Source of the DNA: a plasmid
DNA: 64,000 bases
Strand: one strand, 5' to 3'
Sequence record: NZ_CP029448.1
The notes under the pieces were generated by a model that saw nothing but the letters and a program-made list of their open reading frames with translations, did not search any database and was not told the origin of the DNA. Every line of letters starts with the position of its first letter. Within the stretch, counting starts at the first letter, position 1. Shown here one piece after another: positions 39,198 to 51,268 of the stretch. The translations under genes were made by a program, and so were the position numbers.

Positions 39198-42095
39198 ATG
39201 TCACGACGCCATATTTTCACCGAACGGCAGCGAGCAGCGCTGTTCGATCTGCCCACGGACGAACTGTCGCTACTGAAGTTCTACACGCTGGGCGATGATG
39301 ACCTGGAAAACATTAGGCAGCGCCGCAGACCGGAAAACAGGATTGGCTTTGCCCTGCAACTTTGTGCCTTACGATATCCGGGCCGTGCACTGGCTCCTGG
39401 TGAGATGATCCCGCGTGAAATCCTTTCCTTCGTCGGTGCTCAGCTTGGAGTTCCGGCTGATGCGCTTCTCACTTATGCCACACGGCGCCAAACCCGTCAG
39501 CAGCACATGGACACGCTGCGCGAAATTTACGGCTACAAGACCTTCACGGGCCGTGGTGCCCGTGATCTGCGGGAGTGGACTTTCGGCCAGGCCGAAGATG
39601 CCAGATCAAACGAGGATCTTGCTCATCGTTTTATTGTGCGGTGTCGGGAAACTTCCACCATTCTGCCCGCAGTATCGACAATCGAGCGCTTGTGCGCGGA
39701 TGCTCTGGTCGCCGCTGAGCGGCGGATTGAAACGCGGATTGTGGAAAATTTAACAGCGGATGTTCGCGATCACCTGGACAAACTTCTGAGTGAAATGCTC
39801 GCCGGCAATATCAGTCGTTTCATCTGGCTTCGCAACTTCGAGGTTGGTAACAACTCGGCTGCTGCTAACCGTTTGCTCGACAGGCTCGAATTTCTGCGTA
39901 CCCTGAATATCAATCATAGTGCTTTGGCCAGCATACCTGCCCATCGCATTGCCCGGCTGCGTCGGCAGGGTGAACGCTACTTCACCGACGGTTTGCGTGA
40001 CATCACTTCGGACCGCCGCTGGGCGATCCTTGCCGTCTGTGTTGTGGAGTGGGAAGCGGCGATTGCTGATGCCATAGTCGAAACCCATGACAGGATCGTA
40101 GGAAAAACCTGGCGGGAAGCGAAGCGCCAGCATGACGAAACAATTTCCGGCTCTAAAGCCACACTCGCGGATACGATCCGTACCTTCACCGCGCTGGGAG
40201 CTTCGTTGCTTGAGGCCCGCAGTGACGGAACCCCGCTGGAGATGGCTGTCGCCAGTTCGGTTGCATGGGACCGGCTCGCTCAACTGGTAGCGACAGGGAC
40301 TCAACTCAGCAACACGCTAGCCGATGAGCCTCTTGCATATGTCGGGCAGGGATACCATCGCTTTCGTCGTTATGCGCCCCGCATGTTGCGCTGTCTGAAG
40401 CTCGAAGCCGCGCCGGTCGCCGGACCATTGGTAGCAGCAGCTTTGTCGATCGGAGAGATGAAAGGTGTTGCATCGCCAGAAAGGCGTTTCCTGCGGCCCA
40501 GCTCCAAATGGAACCGTCATTTACGAGCTCAGGAAAAAGGAGATACCCGTCTTTGGGAAGTGGCGGTACTCTTTCACCTCCGGGATGCTTTTCGTTCCGG
40601 AGATGTCTGGCTCGCTCATTCGCGCCGCTATGGTGACCTCAAGCAGGTACTGGTGCCGATGATCGCGGCGCAGGAAAATGCAAAACTGGCCGTGCCTTCC
40701 AACCCACAGGATTGGCTGGCAGACAGAAAGGCGCGACTCACGATCGCTCTTAAGCGGCTGGCCCGGGCTGCCCGTAACGGCACTATTCCGCACGGTAGCA
40801 TAGAAGATGGAACGTTGCGGATCGACAGGTTGACAGCAGACGTGCCGGATGGTGCCGAGGCACTCATACTGGATCTGTATCGCCGAATGCCGTCCGTTCG
40901 GATTACCGACATGCTGCTTGAAGTTGATGCAGCCCTTGGTTTCACAGATGCGTTTACCCATCTGAGAACCGGGGCTCCATGTCGCGACCGGATCGGTCTG
41001 CTCAACGTCCTGCTCGCTGAAGGGCTCAATCTGGGCCTGCGTAAGATGGCGGAAGCTACAAACACGCATGATTACTGGCAGCTCTCACGCCTTGCCCGCT
41101 GGCATGTTGAAAGCGAAGCCATGAACCAGGCATTGGCAATTGTGGTGGCCGCGCAGGGTAAACTGCCGATGTCACGCGTCTGGGGGATGGGCACGTCAGC
41201 ATCGAGCGATGGTCAGTTTTTCCCGACAGCGCGGCATGGCGAAGCCATGAACATGGTCAATGCCAAATATGGTTCTGTTCCCGGCCTCAAAGCGTATACT
41301 CACGTAAGCGACCAGTTCGCGCCATTCGCTTGTCAGTCGATCCCGGCGACCGTGAGCGAGGCACCGTATATTCTCGATGGACTACTGATGAACGAGGTCG
41401 GTCGCCATGTTCGCGAACAGTATGCCGATACAGCAGGATTCACCGACCATTTGTTCGGAGCCAGTAGCCTGCTCGGCTACAATCTCGTTCTGCGAATCAG
41501 GGATCTGCCATCGAAGCGGTTGTACGTATTTAATCCCGATACGACCCCCAGGGAGTTACGCAAGTTGGTAGGTGGAAAAGCCCGGGAGGATCTTATCGTT
41601 GCGAACTGGCCTGATATTTTCCGTTGTGCCGCGACGATGACCGCTGGCAAAATCAGGCCCAGCCAACTCCTGCGCAAGCTCGCTTCTTACCCACGACAAA
41701 ACAACCTTGCAGTTGCGCTTCGTGAAGTTGGTCGTATTGAACGGACCCTTTTCATTATTGAGTGGATCCTGGATACGGACATGCAGCGGCGTGCTCAGAT
41801 CGGTCTTAACAAGGGAGAGGCCCACCATGCGCTCAAAAATGCGCTCCGTATCGGGAGGCAGGGGGAAATTCGCGATCGCACGACAGAGGGGCAGCACTAC
41901 CGAATCGCTGGGCTCAATTTATTGACTGCGGTGATCATTTACTGGAATACCGTCCATCTTGGTCATGCCGTCACGGAGCGGCGGAACGAAGGGTTGGATG
42001 TTCCCCCTGAATTTCTTCCCCACATATCCCCATTGGGCTGGGCGCACATTCTACTGACTGGCGAATATCTTTGGCCCAAGGAACCGAAAGCTTAG
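39198..42095 (+). CDS. tnpA: Tn3-family transposase (965 aa) of the Tn5403-like element.
   Basis: N-terminus MSRRHIFTERQRAALFDLPTDELSL. A DDE core. The stop lies in the right inverted repeat. Confidence 0.9.
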   Translation: MSRRHIFTERQRAALFDLPTDELSLLKFYTLGDDDLENIRQRRRPENRIGFALQLCALRYPGRALAPGEMIPREILSFVGAQLGVPADALLTYATRRQTRQQHMDTLREIYGYKTFTGRGARDLREWTFGQAEDARSNEDLAHRFIVRCRETSTILPAVSTIERLCADALVAAERRIETRIVENLTADVRDHLDKLLSEMLAGNISRFIWLRNFEVGNNSAAANRLLDRLEFLRTLNINHSALASIPAHRIARLRRQGERYFTDGLRDITSDRRWAILAVCVVEWEAAIADAIVETHDRIVGKTWREAKRQHDETISGSKATLADTIRTFTALGASLLEARSDGTPLEMAVASSVAWDRLAQLVATGTQLSNTLADEPLAYVGQGYHRFRRYAPRMLRCLKLEAAPVAGPLVAAALSIGEMKGVASPERRFLRPSSKWNRHLRAQEKGDTRLWEVAVLFHLRDAFRSGDVWLAHSRRYGDLKQVLVPMIAAQENAKLAVPSNPQDWLADRKARLTIALKRLARAARNGTIPHGSIEDGTLRIDRLTADVPDGAEALILDLYRRMPSVRITDMLLEVDAALGFTDAFTHLRTGAPCRDRIGLLNVLLAEGLNLGLRKMAEATNTHDYWQLSRLARWHVESEAMNQALAIVVAAQGKLPMSRVWGMGTSASSDGQFFPTARHGEAMNMVNAKYGSVPGLKAYTHVSDQFAPFACQSIPATVSEAPYILDGLLMNEVGRHVREQYADTAGFTDHLFGASSLLGYNLVLRIRDLPSKRLYVFNPDTTPRELRKLVGGKAREDLIVANWPDIFRCAATMTAGKIRPSQLLRKLASYPRQNNLAVALREVGRIERTLFIIEWILDTDMQRRAQIGLNKGEAHHALKNALRIGRQGEIRDRTTEGQHYRIAGLNLLTAVIIYWNTVHLGHAVTERRNEGLDVPPEFLPHISPLGWAHILLTGEYLWPKEPKA

Positions 42096-42202
42096 GGTGT
42101 CATTTCGCCCTCAGCCGGAACCGACCCCAACAACACCGGGTGTCGCCAGGGCCGTAGCCTGGGTGGTGACGCCTGGTGTGAAAAAATGGTAAGGGGAGAG
42201 CG

Positions 42203-42964
42203 GTGATTCCAATAGAACGACATCAGCGTATTTTAGCCCTGGTGGAGCAGCGTGGGGCGGTAAGCATTAACGAGCTGACGGAGATCCTCGGCGTGTCCCA
42301 TATGACCATCCGTCGGGACGTCAGTAAACTGGAGGAGCAGGGGCTGCTGGTCAGCGTCTCGGGCGGCGTACGCGCCGTCAGCCGGCTGGCCGCGGAACCC
42401 AGTCATCTGGTGAAAAGCACGCTGCAGAGTGAGGAGAAACAGGCGATCGGCGCGCTGGCGGCGAGTCATATCGCTAAAAACAGTTGCATCTATCTGGATG
42501 CCGGGACTACCACCCTGGCGCTGGCGCGGGCGATCCTCGACCGGAACGATCTCCAGGTGGTCACCAATGATTTTGAGATAACCCAGCTGCTGATCGATGC
42601 CAGTCAGTGCGGCGTGATCCACACCGGCGGCACTCTGTGCCGGGAGAACCGCTCCTGCGTGGGCGAATCGGCGGCGCGTACGTTACGCCACCTGGCTATC
42701 GATACGGCCTTTATCTCCGCCAGCGGCTGGGACAGTCGCGGGATATTCACCCCTGATGAGAACAAGGTTACCGTCAAGGAGACCGTCAGCCAGGTCAGCG
42801 CGAGAAGCATCCTGCTGTGCGACAGTTCGAAATACAATCAGGTGGCCACGTTTATGGCGTTACCTTTGACCCGGTTCACCACCATCATTACCGACCGGCA
42901 TCTCTCCGATGCCGCCGCCAGTCATATCGCCCGGCACGCCTGCGAGGTGCTACGAGCCGGATAA
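42203..42964 (+). CDS. ygbI: DeoR-family transcriptional regulator (the ygbI-like gene that neighbours blaSHV in the K. pneumoniae chromosome).
   Basis: N-terminal HTH (RHQRILALVEQRGAVSINELTEILGVSHMTIRRDV) and a DeoR C-terminal sugar-binding-like domain. Confidence 0.75.
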   Translation: MIPIERHQRILALVEQRGAVSINELTEILGVSHMTIRRDVSKLEEQGLLVSVSGGVRAVSRLAAEPSHLVKSTLQSEEKQAIGALAASHIAKNSCIYLDAGTTTLALARAILDRNDLQVVTNDFEITQLLIDASQCGVIHTGGTLCRENRSCVGESAARTLRHLAIDTAFISASGWDSRGIFTPDENKVTVKETVSQVSARSILLCDSSKYNQVATFMALPLTRFTTIITDRHLSDAAASHIARHACEVLRAG

Positions 42965-42984
42965 CGCGCGCGGCCACCGCCGGG

Positions 42985-43845
42985 TTAGCGTTGCCAGTGC
43001 TCGATCAGCGCCGCGCCGATCCCGGCGATTTGCTGATTTCGCTCGGCCATGCTCGCCGGCGTATCCCGCAGATAAATCACCACAATCCGCTCTGCTTTGT
43101 TATTCGGGCCAAGCAGGGCGACAATCCCGCGCGCACCCCGTTCGCTAGCTCCGGTCTTATCGGCGATAAACCAGCCCGCCGGCAGCACGGAGCGGATCAA
43201 CGGTCCGGCGACCCGATCGTCCACCATCCACTGCAGCAGCTGCCGTTGCGAACGGGCGCTCAGACGCTGGCTGGTCAGCAGCTTGCGCAGGGTCGCGGCC
43301 ATGCTGGCCGGGGTAGTGGTGTCGCGGGCGTCGCCGGGAAGCGCCTCATTCAGTTCCGTTTCCCAGCGGTCAAGGCGGGTGACGTTGTCGCCGATCTGGC
43401 GCAAAAAGGCAGTCAATCCTGCGGGGCCGCCGACGGTGGCCAGCAGCAGATTGGCGGCGCTGTTATCGCTCATGGTAATGGCGGCGGCACAGAGTTCGCC
43501 GACCGTCATGCCGTCGGCAAGGTGTTTTTCGCTGACCGGCGAGTAGTCCACCAGATCCTGCTGGCGATAGTGGATCTTTCGCTCCAGCTGTTCGTCACCG
43601 GCATCCACCCGCGCCAGCACTGCGCCGCAGAGCACTACTTTAAAGGTGCTCATCATGGGAAAGCGTTCATCGGCGCGCCAGGCGGTCAGCGTGCGGCCGC
43701 TGGCCAGATCCATTTCTATCATGCCTACGCTGCCCGACAGCTGGCTTTCGCTTAGTTTAATTTGCTCAAGCGGCTGCGGGCTGGCGTGTACCGCCAGCGG
43801 CAGGGTGGCTAACAGGGAGATAATACACAGGCGAAAATAACGCAT
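42985..43845 (-). CDS. blaSHV: SHV class A beta-lactamase (286 aa) carrying G238S (KTGASERG) plus I8F and R43S relative to SHV-1. This is an ESBL-type variant of the SHV-2/SHV-30 kind. The ORF track's longer upstream start (43899) is not used.
   Basis: Near-identity to SHV-1 across the full length. The S at Ambler 238 is seen directly. Confidence 0.95.
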   Translation of the reverse strand: MRYFRLCIISLLATLPLAVHASPQPLEQIKLSESQLSGSVGMIEMDLASGRTLTAWRADERFPMMSTFKVVLCGAVLARVDAGDEQLERKIHYRQQDLVDYSPVSEKHLADGMTVGELCAAAITMSDNSAANLLLATVGGPAGLTAFLRQIGDNVTRLDRWETELNEALPGDARDTTTPASMAATLRKLLTSQRLSARSQRQLLQWMVDDRVAGPLIRSVLPAGWFIADKTGASERGARGIVALLGPNNKAERIVVIYLRDTPASMAERNQQIAGIGAALIEHWQR

Positions 43846-43933
43846 AACCACAATACATCCTTGAGTGAGGGCCGATAAAGGCGAGTAAAGAAGCGACAAA
43901 TAAGAATAACCCGGCGTTTTGCTGATTCACAAT

Positions 43934-44990
43934 GGCTTTGTTGAATAAATCGAACTTTTGCTGAGTTGAAGGATCAGATCACACATCTTCCCGACAACGC
44001 AGACCGTTCCGTGGCAAAGCAAAAGTTCAAAATCACCAACTGGCCCACCTACAATAAAGCCCTCATCAACCGTGGCTCCATAACTTTCTGGCTGGATGAT
44101 GAAGCTATTCAGGCCTGGTATGAGTCGGCAACGCCTTCATCACGAGGCAGACCTCAGCGCTATTCTGACCTTGCCATCACGACTGTGCTGGTCATTAAAC
44201 GCGTATTCAGGCTGACCCTGCGGGCTGCACAGGGTTTTATTGATTCCATTTTTACACTGATGAATGTTCCGTTGCGCTGCCCGGATTACACCAGTGTCAG
44301 CAAGCGCGCAAAGTCGGTTAATGTCAGTTTCAAAACGTTCACCCGGGGTGAAATCGCGCATCTGGTGATTGATTCCACCGGGCTGAAGGTCTTCGGTGAA
44401 GGCGAGTGGAAAGTCAAAAAGCATGGCCAGGAACGCCGCCGTATCTGGCGTAAGCTGCATCTGGCAGTTGACAGCAACACACATGAAATCATCTGTGCAG
44501 ACCTGTCGCTGAACAATGTGACGGACTCAGAAGCCTTCCCGGGTCTTATCCGGCAGACTCACAGAAAAATCAGGGCAGCATCGGCAGACGGCGCTTACGA
44601 CACCCGGCTCTGTCACGATGAACTGCGGCGTAAGAAAATCAGCGCGCTTATCCCTCCCCGAAAAGGTGCGGGTTACTGGCCCGGTGAATATGCAGACCGT
44701 AACCGTGCAGTGGCTAATCAGCGAATGACCGGGAGTAATGCGCGGTGGAAATGGACAACAGATTACAACCGTCGCTCGATAGCGGAAACGGCGATGTACC
44801 GGGTAAAACAGCTGTTCGGGGGTTCACTGACGCTGCGTGACTACGATGGTCAGGTTGCGGAGGCTATGGCCCTGGTACGAGCGCTGAACAAAATGACGAA
44901 AGCAGGTATGCCTGAAAGCGTGCGTATTGCCTGAAAACACAACCCGCTACGGGGGAGACTTACCCGAAATCTGATTTATTCAACAAAGCC
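43934..44990 (+). mobile_element. IS903 (1057 bp) with 18-bp inverted repeats GGCTTTGTTGAATAAATC. No 9-bp target-site duplication.
   Basis: Inverted repeats at both ends. The transposase is identical in pattern to IS903. The flanks differ (attcacaat / gtcttcgtc). Confidence 0.9.
44011..44934 (+). CDS. tnpA: IS903 transposase (307 aa from the GTG start; the ORF track begins at an upstream TTG).
   Basis: VAKQKFKITNWPTYNKALINRGS... Confidence 0.9.
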   Translation: MAKQKFKITNWPTYNKALINRGSITFWLDDEAIQAWYESATPSSRGRPQRYSDLAITTVLVIKRVFRLTLRAAQGFIDSIFTLMNVPLRCPDYTSVSKRAKSVNVSFKTFTRGEIAHLVIDSTGLKVFGEGEWKVKKHGQERRRIWRKLHLAVDSNTHEIICADLSLNNVTDSEAFPGLIRQTHRKIRAASADGAYDTRLCHDELRRKKISALIPPRKGAGYWPGEYADRNRAVANQRMTGSNARWKWTTDYNRRSIAETAMYRVKQLFGGSLTLRDYDGQVAEAMALVRALNKMTKAGMPESVRIA

Positions 44991-45030
44991 GTCTTCGTCA
45001 TTAAAAACGGTTCCGGTCTTCAGGACGCCA

Positions 45031-46213
45031 TAGACTGGCCCTATGAATCTCCAGACAGTTGGTATCACTTAAATTAGTGATAGTCTTAATACTAGTTTTA
45101 GACTAGTCGTTGGAGTCCGAATGATTGATGTTCTAGGTCCAGAGAAGCGCAGACGGCGCAGCGTTCAGGAAAAAATCGCCATTGTTCAGCAGAGCTTTGA
45201 GCCCGGAATGACCGTGTCGCTGGTCGCCCGTCAGCATGGCGTTGCTGCCAGTCAGCTGTTCCTGTGGCGTAAGCAATATCAGGAAGGCAGTCTCACTGCG
45301 GTTGCCGCGGGTGAACAGGTTGTACCCGCGTCGGAGCTGGCATCTGCAATGAAGCAAATTAAAGAGTTACAGCGCCTGCTGGGCAAAAAAACCATGGAAA
45401 ACGAGCTGCTGAAAGAAGCCGTTGAATATGGCCGACAAAAAAAGTGGATAGCGCACGTGCCCTTGTTGCCGGAGGATGGCGAATAAGCCTTGTCAGTCGT
45501 TGCCTCCGGGTCTCACGTGCGCAACTGCATGCCATGGCCCGTCGGTCGAAGGGCTGGCAGGATCGTCGGTGCAAGCGCAAGCCTGATGATACTGAAGCGC
45601 TGGCTCGTATCCATACCGTTATCGACGATCTGCCCACCTATGGTTATCGTCGTGTATGGGCACTGCTGCGCAGACAATCAGAAACTGACGACATGGCGGT
45701 GATCAATGCCAAACGCGTATACCGCATCATGCGTCAGAATGCGCTGCTGCTTGAGCGTAAACCGGCAATACCGCCCTCGAAGCGGGCGCATAGAGGGAAA
45801 GTGGCCGTTGGAGAAAGTAACCAGCGGTGGTGCTCCGACGGCTTCGAGTTCAGCTGTGATAACGGTGAAAAACTGCGGGTCACGTTCGCGCTGGACTGTT
45901 GCGATCGCGAGGCACTTCACTGGGCGGCAAGTACCGGTGGATATGACAGTGAAACCGTGCAGGACGTCATGCTGGGTGCCGTGGAGCGTCGCTTCGGTAA
46001 CAGCCTGCCGACATCCCCAGTTGAGTGGCTGACAGACAACGGTTCAGCCTACCGTTCTTATCAGACGCGTCAGTTCGCCAGAATGGTAGGACTGGAGCCT
46101 AAACATACGGCGGTACGTAGCCCGGAAAGCAACGGAATGGCGGAGAGCTTCGTGAAAACGATGAAGCGCGACTACATCAGCATCATGCCAAAACCTGACG
46201 GGTTAACAGCGGC
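45031..46213 (+). mobile_element. IS2-like element, a diverged variant with ~90% protein identity. It has an intact left end and orfA (45121..45486). The orfB part (45444..46235) is truncated, and the right end is replaced by a 75-bp IS1 fragment.
   Basis: TAGACTGGCCC terminus at 45031. InsC-like and InsD-like products. The orfB reading frame ends within the IS1 sequence (…MLPTY*). Confidence 0.8.
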
Positions 46214-46288
46214 GGTGATGCTGCCAACTTACTGATTTAGTGTATGATGGTGTTTTTGAGGTGCTCCAGTGGCTTCTGTTTCTATCAG
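46214..46288 (+). mobile_element. 75-bp IS1 left-end fragment wedged between the IS2-like element and IRmer.
   Basis: GGTGATGCTGCCAACTTACTGATTTAGTGTATGATGGTGTTTTTGAGGTGCTCCAGTGGCTTCTGTTTCTATCAG. Confidence 0.85.
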
Positions 46289-46320
46289 GGGTCGTCTCAG
46301 AATTCGGAAAATAAAGCACG

Positions 46321-46776
46321 CTAAGGCGTAGTCACCCCGTGACTCCCCCGCGCCGATGCAGCGAGCTTCGTTCCGTCTTGCAGTGACGCAATCAGCGGGC
46401 AGGAAACGTTCCCTTTCCGCGCATGGCAGGCGCACACCAGTTCAGACAGCACGGCCTCCATGCGTGCCAAGTCGGCCATCTTCTCGCGCACATCCTTGAG
46501 CTTGTGCTCGGCCAGGCCGCTGGCTTCCTCGCAATGGGTGCCATCCTCCAGCCGCAGTAGCTCGGCGATTTCGTCCAGGCTAAAGCCCAGCCGCTGGGCC
46601 GATTTCACGAACCGCACTCGTGTTACATCCGCCTCGCCATAGCGGCGAATGCTGCCATAGGGCTTGTCTGGCTCCGGCAGCAGGCCCTTGCGCTGGTAGA
46701 ACCGGATGGTCTCCACATTGACCCCGGCCGCCTTGGCAAAAACGCCAATGGTCAGATTCTCAAAATTAATTTGCAT
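46321..46776 (-). CDS. merR: MerR Hg(II)-responsive regulator. The C-terminus is slightly extended, with the stop codon inside IRmer.
   Basis: [30 protein letters not shown] and the metal-binding Cys in [13 protein letters not shown]. Confidence 0.9.
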   Translation of the reverse strand: MQINFENLTIGVFAKAAGVNVETIRFYQRKGLLPEPDKPYGSIRRYGEADVTRVRFVKSAQRLGFSLDEIAELLRLEDGTHCEEASGLAEHKLKDVREKMADLARMEAVLSELVCACHARKGNVSCPLIASLQDGTKLAASARGSHGVTTP

Positions 46777-46847
46777 ATCGCTTGACTCCGTACATAACTA
46801 CGGAAGTAAGCTTAAGCTATCCAAACCAAATTTGAAAGGACAAGCGT

Positions 46848-47213
46848 ATGTCTGAACCACAAAAGTCTGAACCACAAAACGGGCGCGGCGCGCTCTTCGC
46901 CGGTGGGCTGGCCGCCATTCTTGCGTCGGCCTGCTGCCTGGGGCCGCTGGTTTTGATCGCCTTGGGGTTCAGCGGGGCATGGATCGGCAACCTGACGGTG
47001 CTGGAACCCTATCGCCCGATCTTCATCGGCGCAGCGCTGGTCGCGCTGTTTTTCGCCTGGCGGCGCATCTACCGCCCGGCGCAAGCCTGCAAACCGGGTG
47101 AGGTCTGCGCGATTCCCCAAGTGCGAGCTACTTACAAGCTCATTTTCTGGATCGTGGCCGCGCTGGTCCTGGTCTCGCTCGGATTTCCCTACGTCATGCC
47201 ATTTTTCTATTAA
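46848..47213 (+). CDS. merT: MerT mercuric ion transport protein.
   Basis: GGLAAILASACCLGPLVLIALGFSGAWIG. Confidence 0.9.
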   Translation: MSEPQKSEPQNGRGALFAGGLAAILASACCLGPLVLIALGFSGAWIGNLTVLEPYRPIFIGAALVALFFAWRRIYRPAQACKPGEVCAIPQVRATYKLIFWIVAALVLVSLGFPYVMPFFY

Positions 47214-47228
47214 TCACAGGAGTTCATC

Positions 47229-47504
47229 ATGAAAAAACTGTTTGCCGCCCTCGCCCTCGCTGCCGTTGTTGCCCCCGTGTGGGCCGCCACCCAGACCGTC
47301 ACGCTGTCCGTGCCTGGCATGACCTGCGCCTCTTGCCCGATCACTGTCAAGCACGCGCTTTCCAAGGTTGAGGGCGTGAGCAAGACCGACGTAAGTTTCG
47401 ACAAGCGCCAGGCCGTCGTCACCTTCGACGATGCCAAGACCAACGTCCAGAAGTTGACCAAGGCGACCGAGGACGCGGGCTATCCGTCCAGCCTCAAACG
47501 CTGA
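47229..47504 (+). CDS. merP: MerP periplasmic mercury-binding protein.
   Basis: Signal peptide plus the GMTCASC heavy-metal-associated (HMA) motif. Confidence 0.9.
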   Translation: MKKLFAALALAAVVAPVWAATQTVTLSVPGMTCASCPITVKHALSKVEGVSKTDVSFDKRQAVVTFDDAKTNVQKLTKATEDAGYPSSLKR

Positions 47505-47531
47505 TCCGTTAACCGAACTCGGGAGCGACAC

Positions 47532-49681
<2,150 letters not shown>

Positions 49682-49698
49682 GGAAAAGGAGGTGTTCA

Positions 49699-50064
49699 AT
49701 GAGCGCCTACACAGTGTCCCGGCTGGCCCTTGATGCCGGGGTGAGCGTGCATATCGTGCGCGACTACCTGCTGCGCGGATTGCTACGGCCGGTCGCGTAC
49801 ACCACGGGCGGCTACGGCTTGTTCGATGACACCGCGTTGCAACGGCTGCGCTTTGTACGGGCTGCCTTCGAAGCGGGTATCGGCCTGGACGCACTGGCGC
49901 GGCTGTGCCGGGCGCTGGATGCTGCGGACGGTGACGGTGCGTCTGCGCAGCTTGCCGTGTTGCGGCAACTCGTCGAGCGTCGGCGCGAGGCCCTGGCCAG
50001 CCTCGAAATGCAACTGGCCGCCATGCCAACCGAACCGGCACAGCACGCGGAGAGTCTGCCATGA
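49699..50064 (+). CDS. merD: MerD co-regulator. The ATG at 49699 is taken; the ORF track starts at 49666.
   Basis: [31 protein letters not shown] MerR-like HTH. Confidence 0.85.
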
Positions 50065-50297
50065 ACAGCCCAGAGCACTTGCCGTCTGAGACGCACAAAC
50101 CGATCACCGGCTACTTGTGGGGCGCGCTGGCCGTGCTCACCTGTCCCTGCCATTTGCCGATTCTCGCCATTGTGCTAGCCGGCACGACGGCCGGCGCGTT
50201 CATCGGGGAGCACTGGGGTATTGCAGCCCTCACGCTGACCGGCTTGTTTGTCCTGTCTGTGACGCGGCTGCTGCGGGCCTTCAAGGGAAGATCATGA
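50061..50297 (+). CDS. merE: MerE.
   Basis: 78-aa membrane protein after merD. Confidence 0.8.
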
Positions 50298-50362
50298 CCG
50301 CTTCCCAGCCAGCCGAGAGTGGGCAGCTTTGAGCTTCGCTACCAATCTGGAGGAGTACCACC

Positions 50363-50575
50363 ATGAACGCAAACGCCCCGAACACTGCCAGTTGCACCAC
50401 CTGCTGCGTATGCTGCAAAGAAATTCCGCTCGATGCCGCCTTCACCCCGGAAGGCGCGGAATACGTCGAACATTTCTGCGGGCTGGATTGCTATGAACGC
50501 TTCCAGGCACGCGCCAAGGCCGCGACAGAATCTGACATTGCGCCTGTCCCTGGCGGTTCGCAGCCGTCAGATTGA
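50363..50575 (+). CDS. Small Cys-rich ORF (70 aa) in the urf2 position of the mer transposon.
   Basis: [10 protein letters not shown] motif. The assignment is positional. Confidence 0.4.
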   Translation: MNANAPNTASCTTCCVCCKEIPLDAAFTPEGAEYVEHFCGLDCYERFQARAKAATESDIAPVPGGSQPSD

Positions 50576-50579
50576 GGCA

Positions 50580-50705
50580 TACCCTAACTTGGCGTCAGAC
50601 CATCCGGCGCTAAATCGTCAGAATAGAGTTGCCTTCCGAATTGATTGACATACGCCGTCAAGGGTCATAGATTTCTTCCTGACACATTTCCCTCAGGAGG
50701 ATACC
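50580..50705. promoter_or_regulatory. Putative res site of the mer transposon upstream of tnpR.
   Basis: Position only. Confidence 0.35.
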
Positions 50706-51266
50706 TTGCACGGTCAGCGCATCGGTTACGTCCGCGTCAGCAGCTTCGACCAGAACCCAGAACGGCAGCTCGAACAGATCCAGGTGGATAAAGTGTTCAC
50801 CGACAAGGCGTCGGGCAAGGACACACGGCGGCCCGAACTGGAACGGCTGCTCGCCTTCGTGCGCGAAGGCGACACGGTCGTGGTGCACAGCATGGATCGT
50901 CTGGCGCGCAACCTCGACGACCTGCGCCGCCTGGTGCAGGGCCTCACCCAGCGCGGCGTACGCATCGAGTTCCTTAAGGAGCATTTGACCTTCACCGGCG
51001 AGGACTCGCCGATGGCGAACCTGATGCTGTCGGTAATGGGCGCGTTCGCCGAGTTCGAACGCGCCTTGATCCGCGAGCGGCAGCGCGAGGGCATCGCGCT
51101 CGCCAAGCAGCGCGGGGCCTACCGTGGCAGGAAGAAATCCCTGTCGTCTGAGCGTATTGCCGAACTGCGCCAACGTGTCGAGGCTGGCGAGCAAAAGACC
51201 AAGCTGGCTCGTGAATTCGGAATCAGTCGCGAAACCCTGTATCAATACTTGAGAACGGATCAGTAA
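50706..51266 (+). CDS. tnpR: Resolvase TnpR (186 aa) of the Tn21-subfamily transposon.
   Basis: [21 protein letters not shown] catalytic N-terminus and a C-terminal HTH. Confidence 0.9.
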   Translation: MHGQRIGYVRVSSFDQNPERQLEQIQVDKVFTDKASGKDTRRPELERLLAFVREGDTVVVHSMDRLARNLDDLRRLVQGLTQRGVRIEFLKEHLTFTGEDSPMANLMLSVMGAFAEFERALIRERQREGIALAKQRGAYRGRKKSLSSERIAELRQRVEAGEQKTKLAREFGISRETLYQYLRTDQ

Positions 51267-51268
51267 AT

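Larger units (their letters stand above)
38465..42128 (+). mobile_element. Tn5403-like Tn3-family transposon (3664 bp) carrying only divergent tnpR and tnpA, with 38-bp inverted repeats GGGGTCGGTTCCGGCTGAGGGCGAAATGACACCCTAAG. No 5-bp target-site duplication.
   Basis: Perfect inverted repeats at 38465..38502 and 42091..42128. The size is about 1 bp off the 3663 bp reported for Tn5403. The two flanks sit in different contexts (merR fragment versus chromosomal ygbI). Confidence 0.8.

Noticed and set aside
42817-43755. 312-aa plus-strand ORF and others overlapping blaSHV on the opposite strand
   Set aside because: Antisense to blaSHV; low-complexity product.
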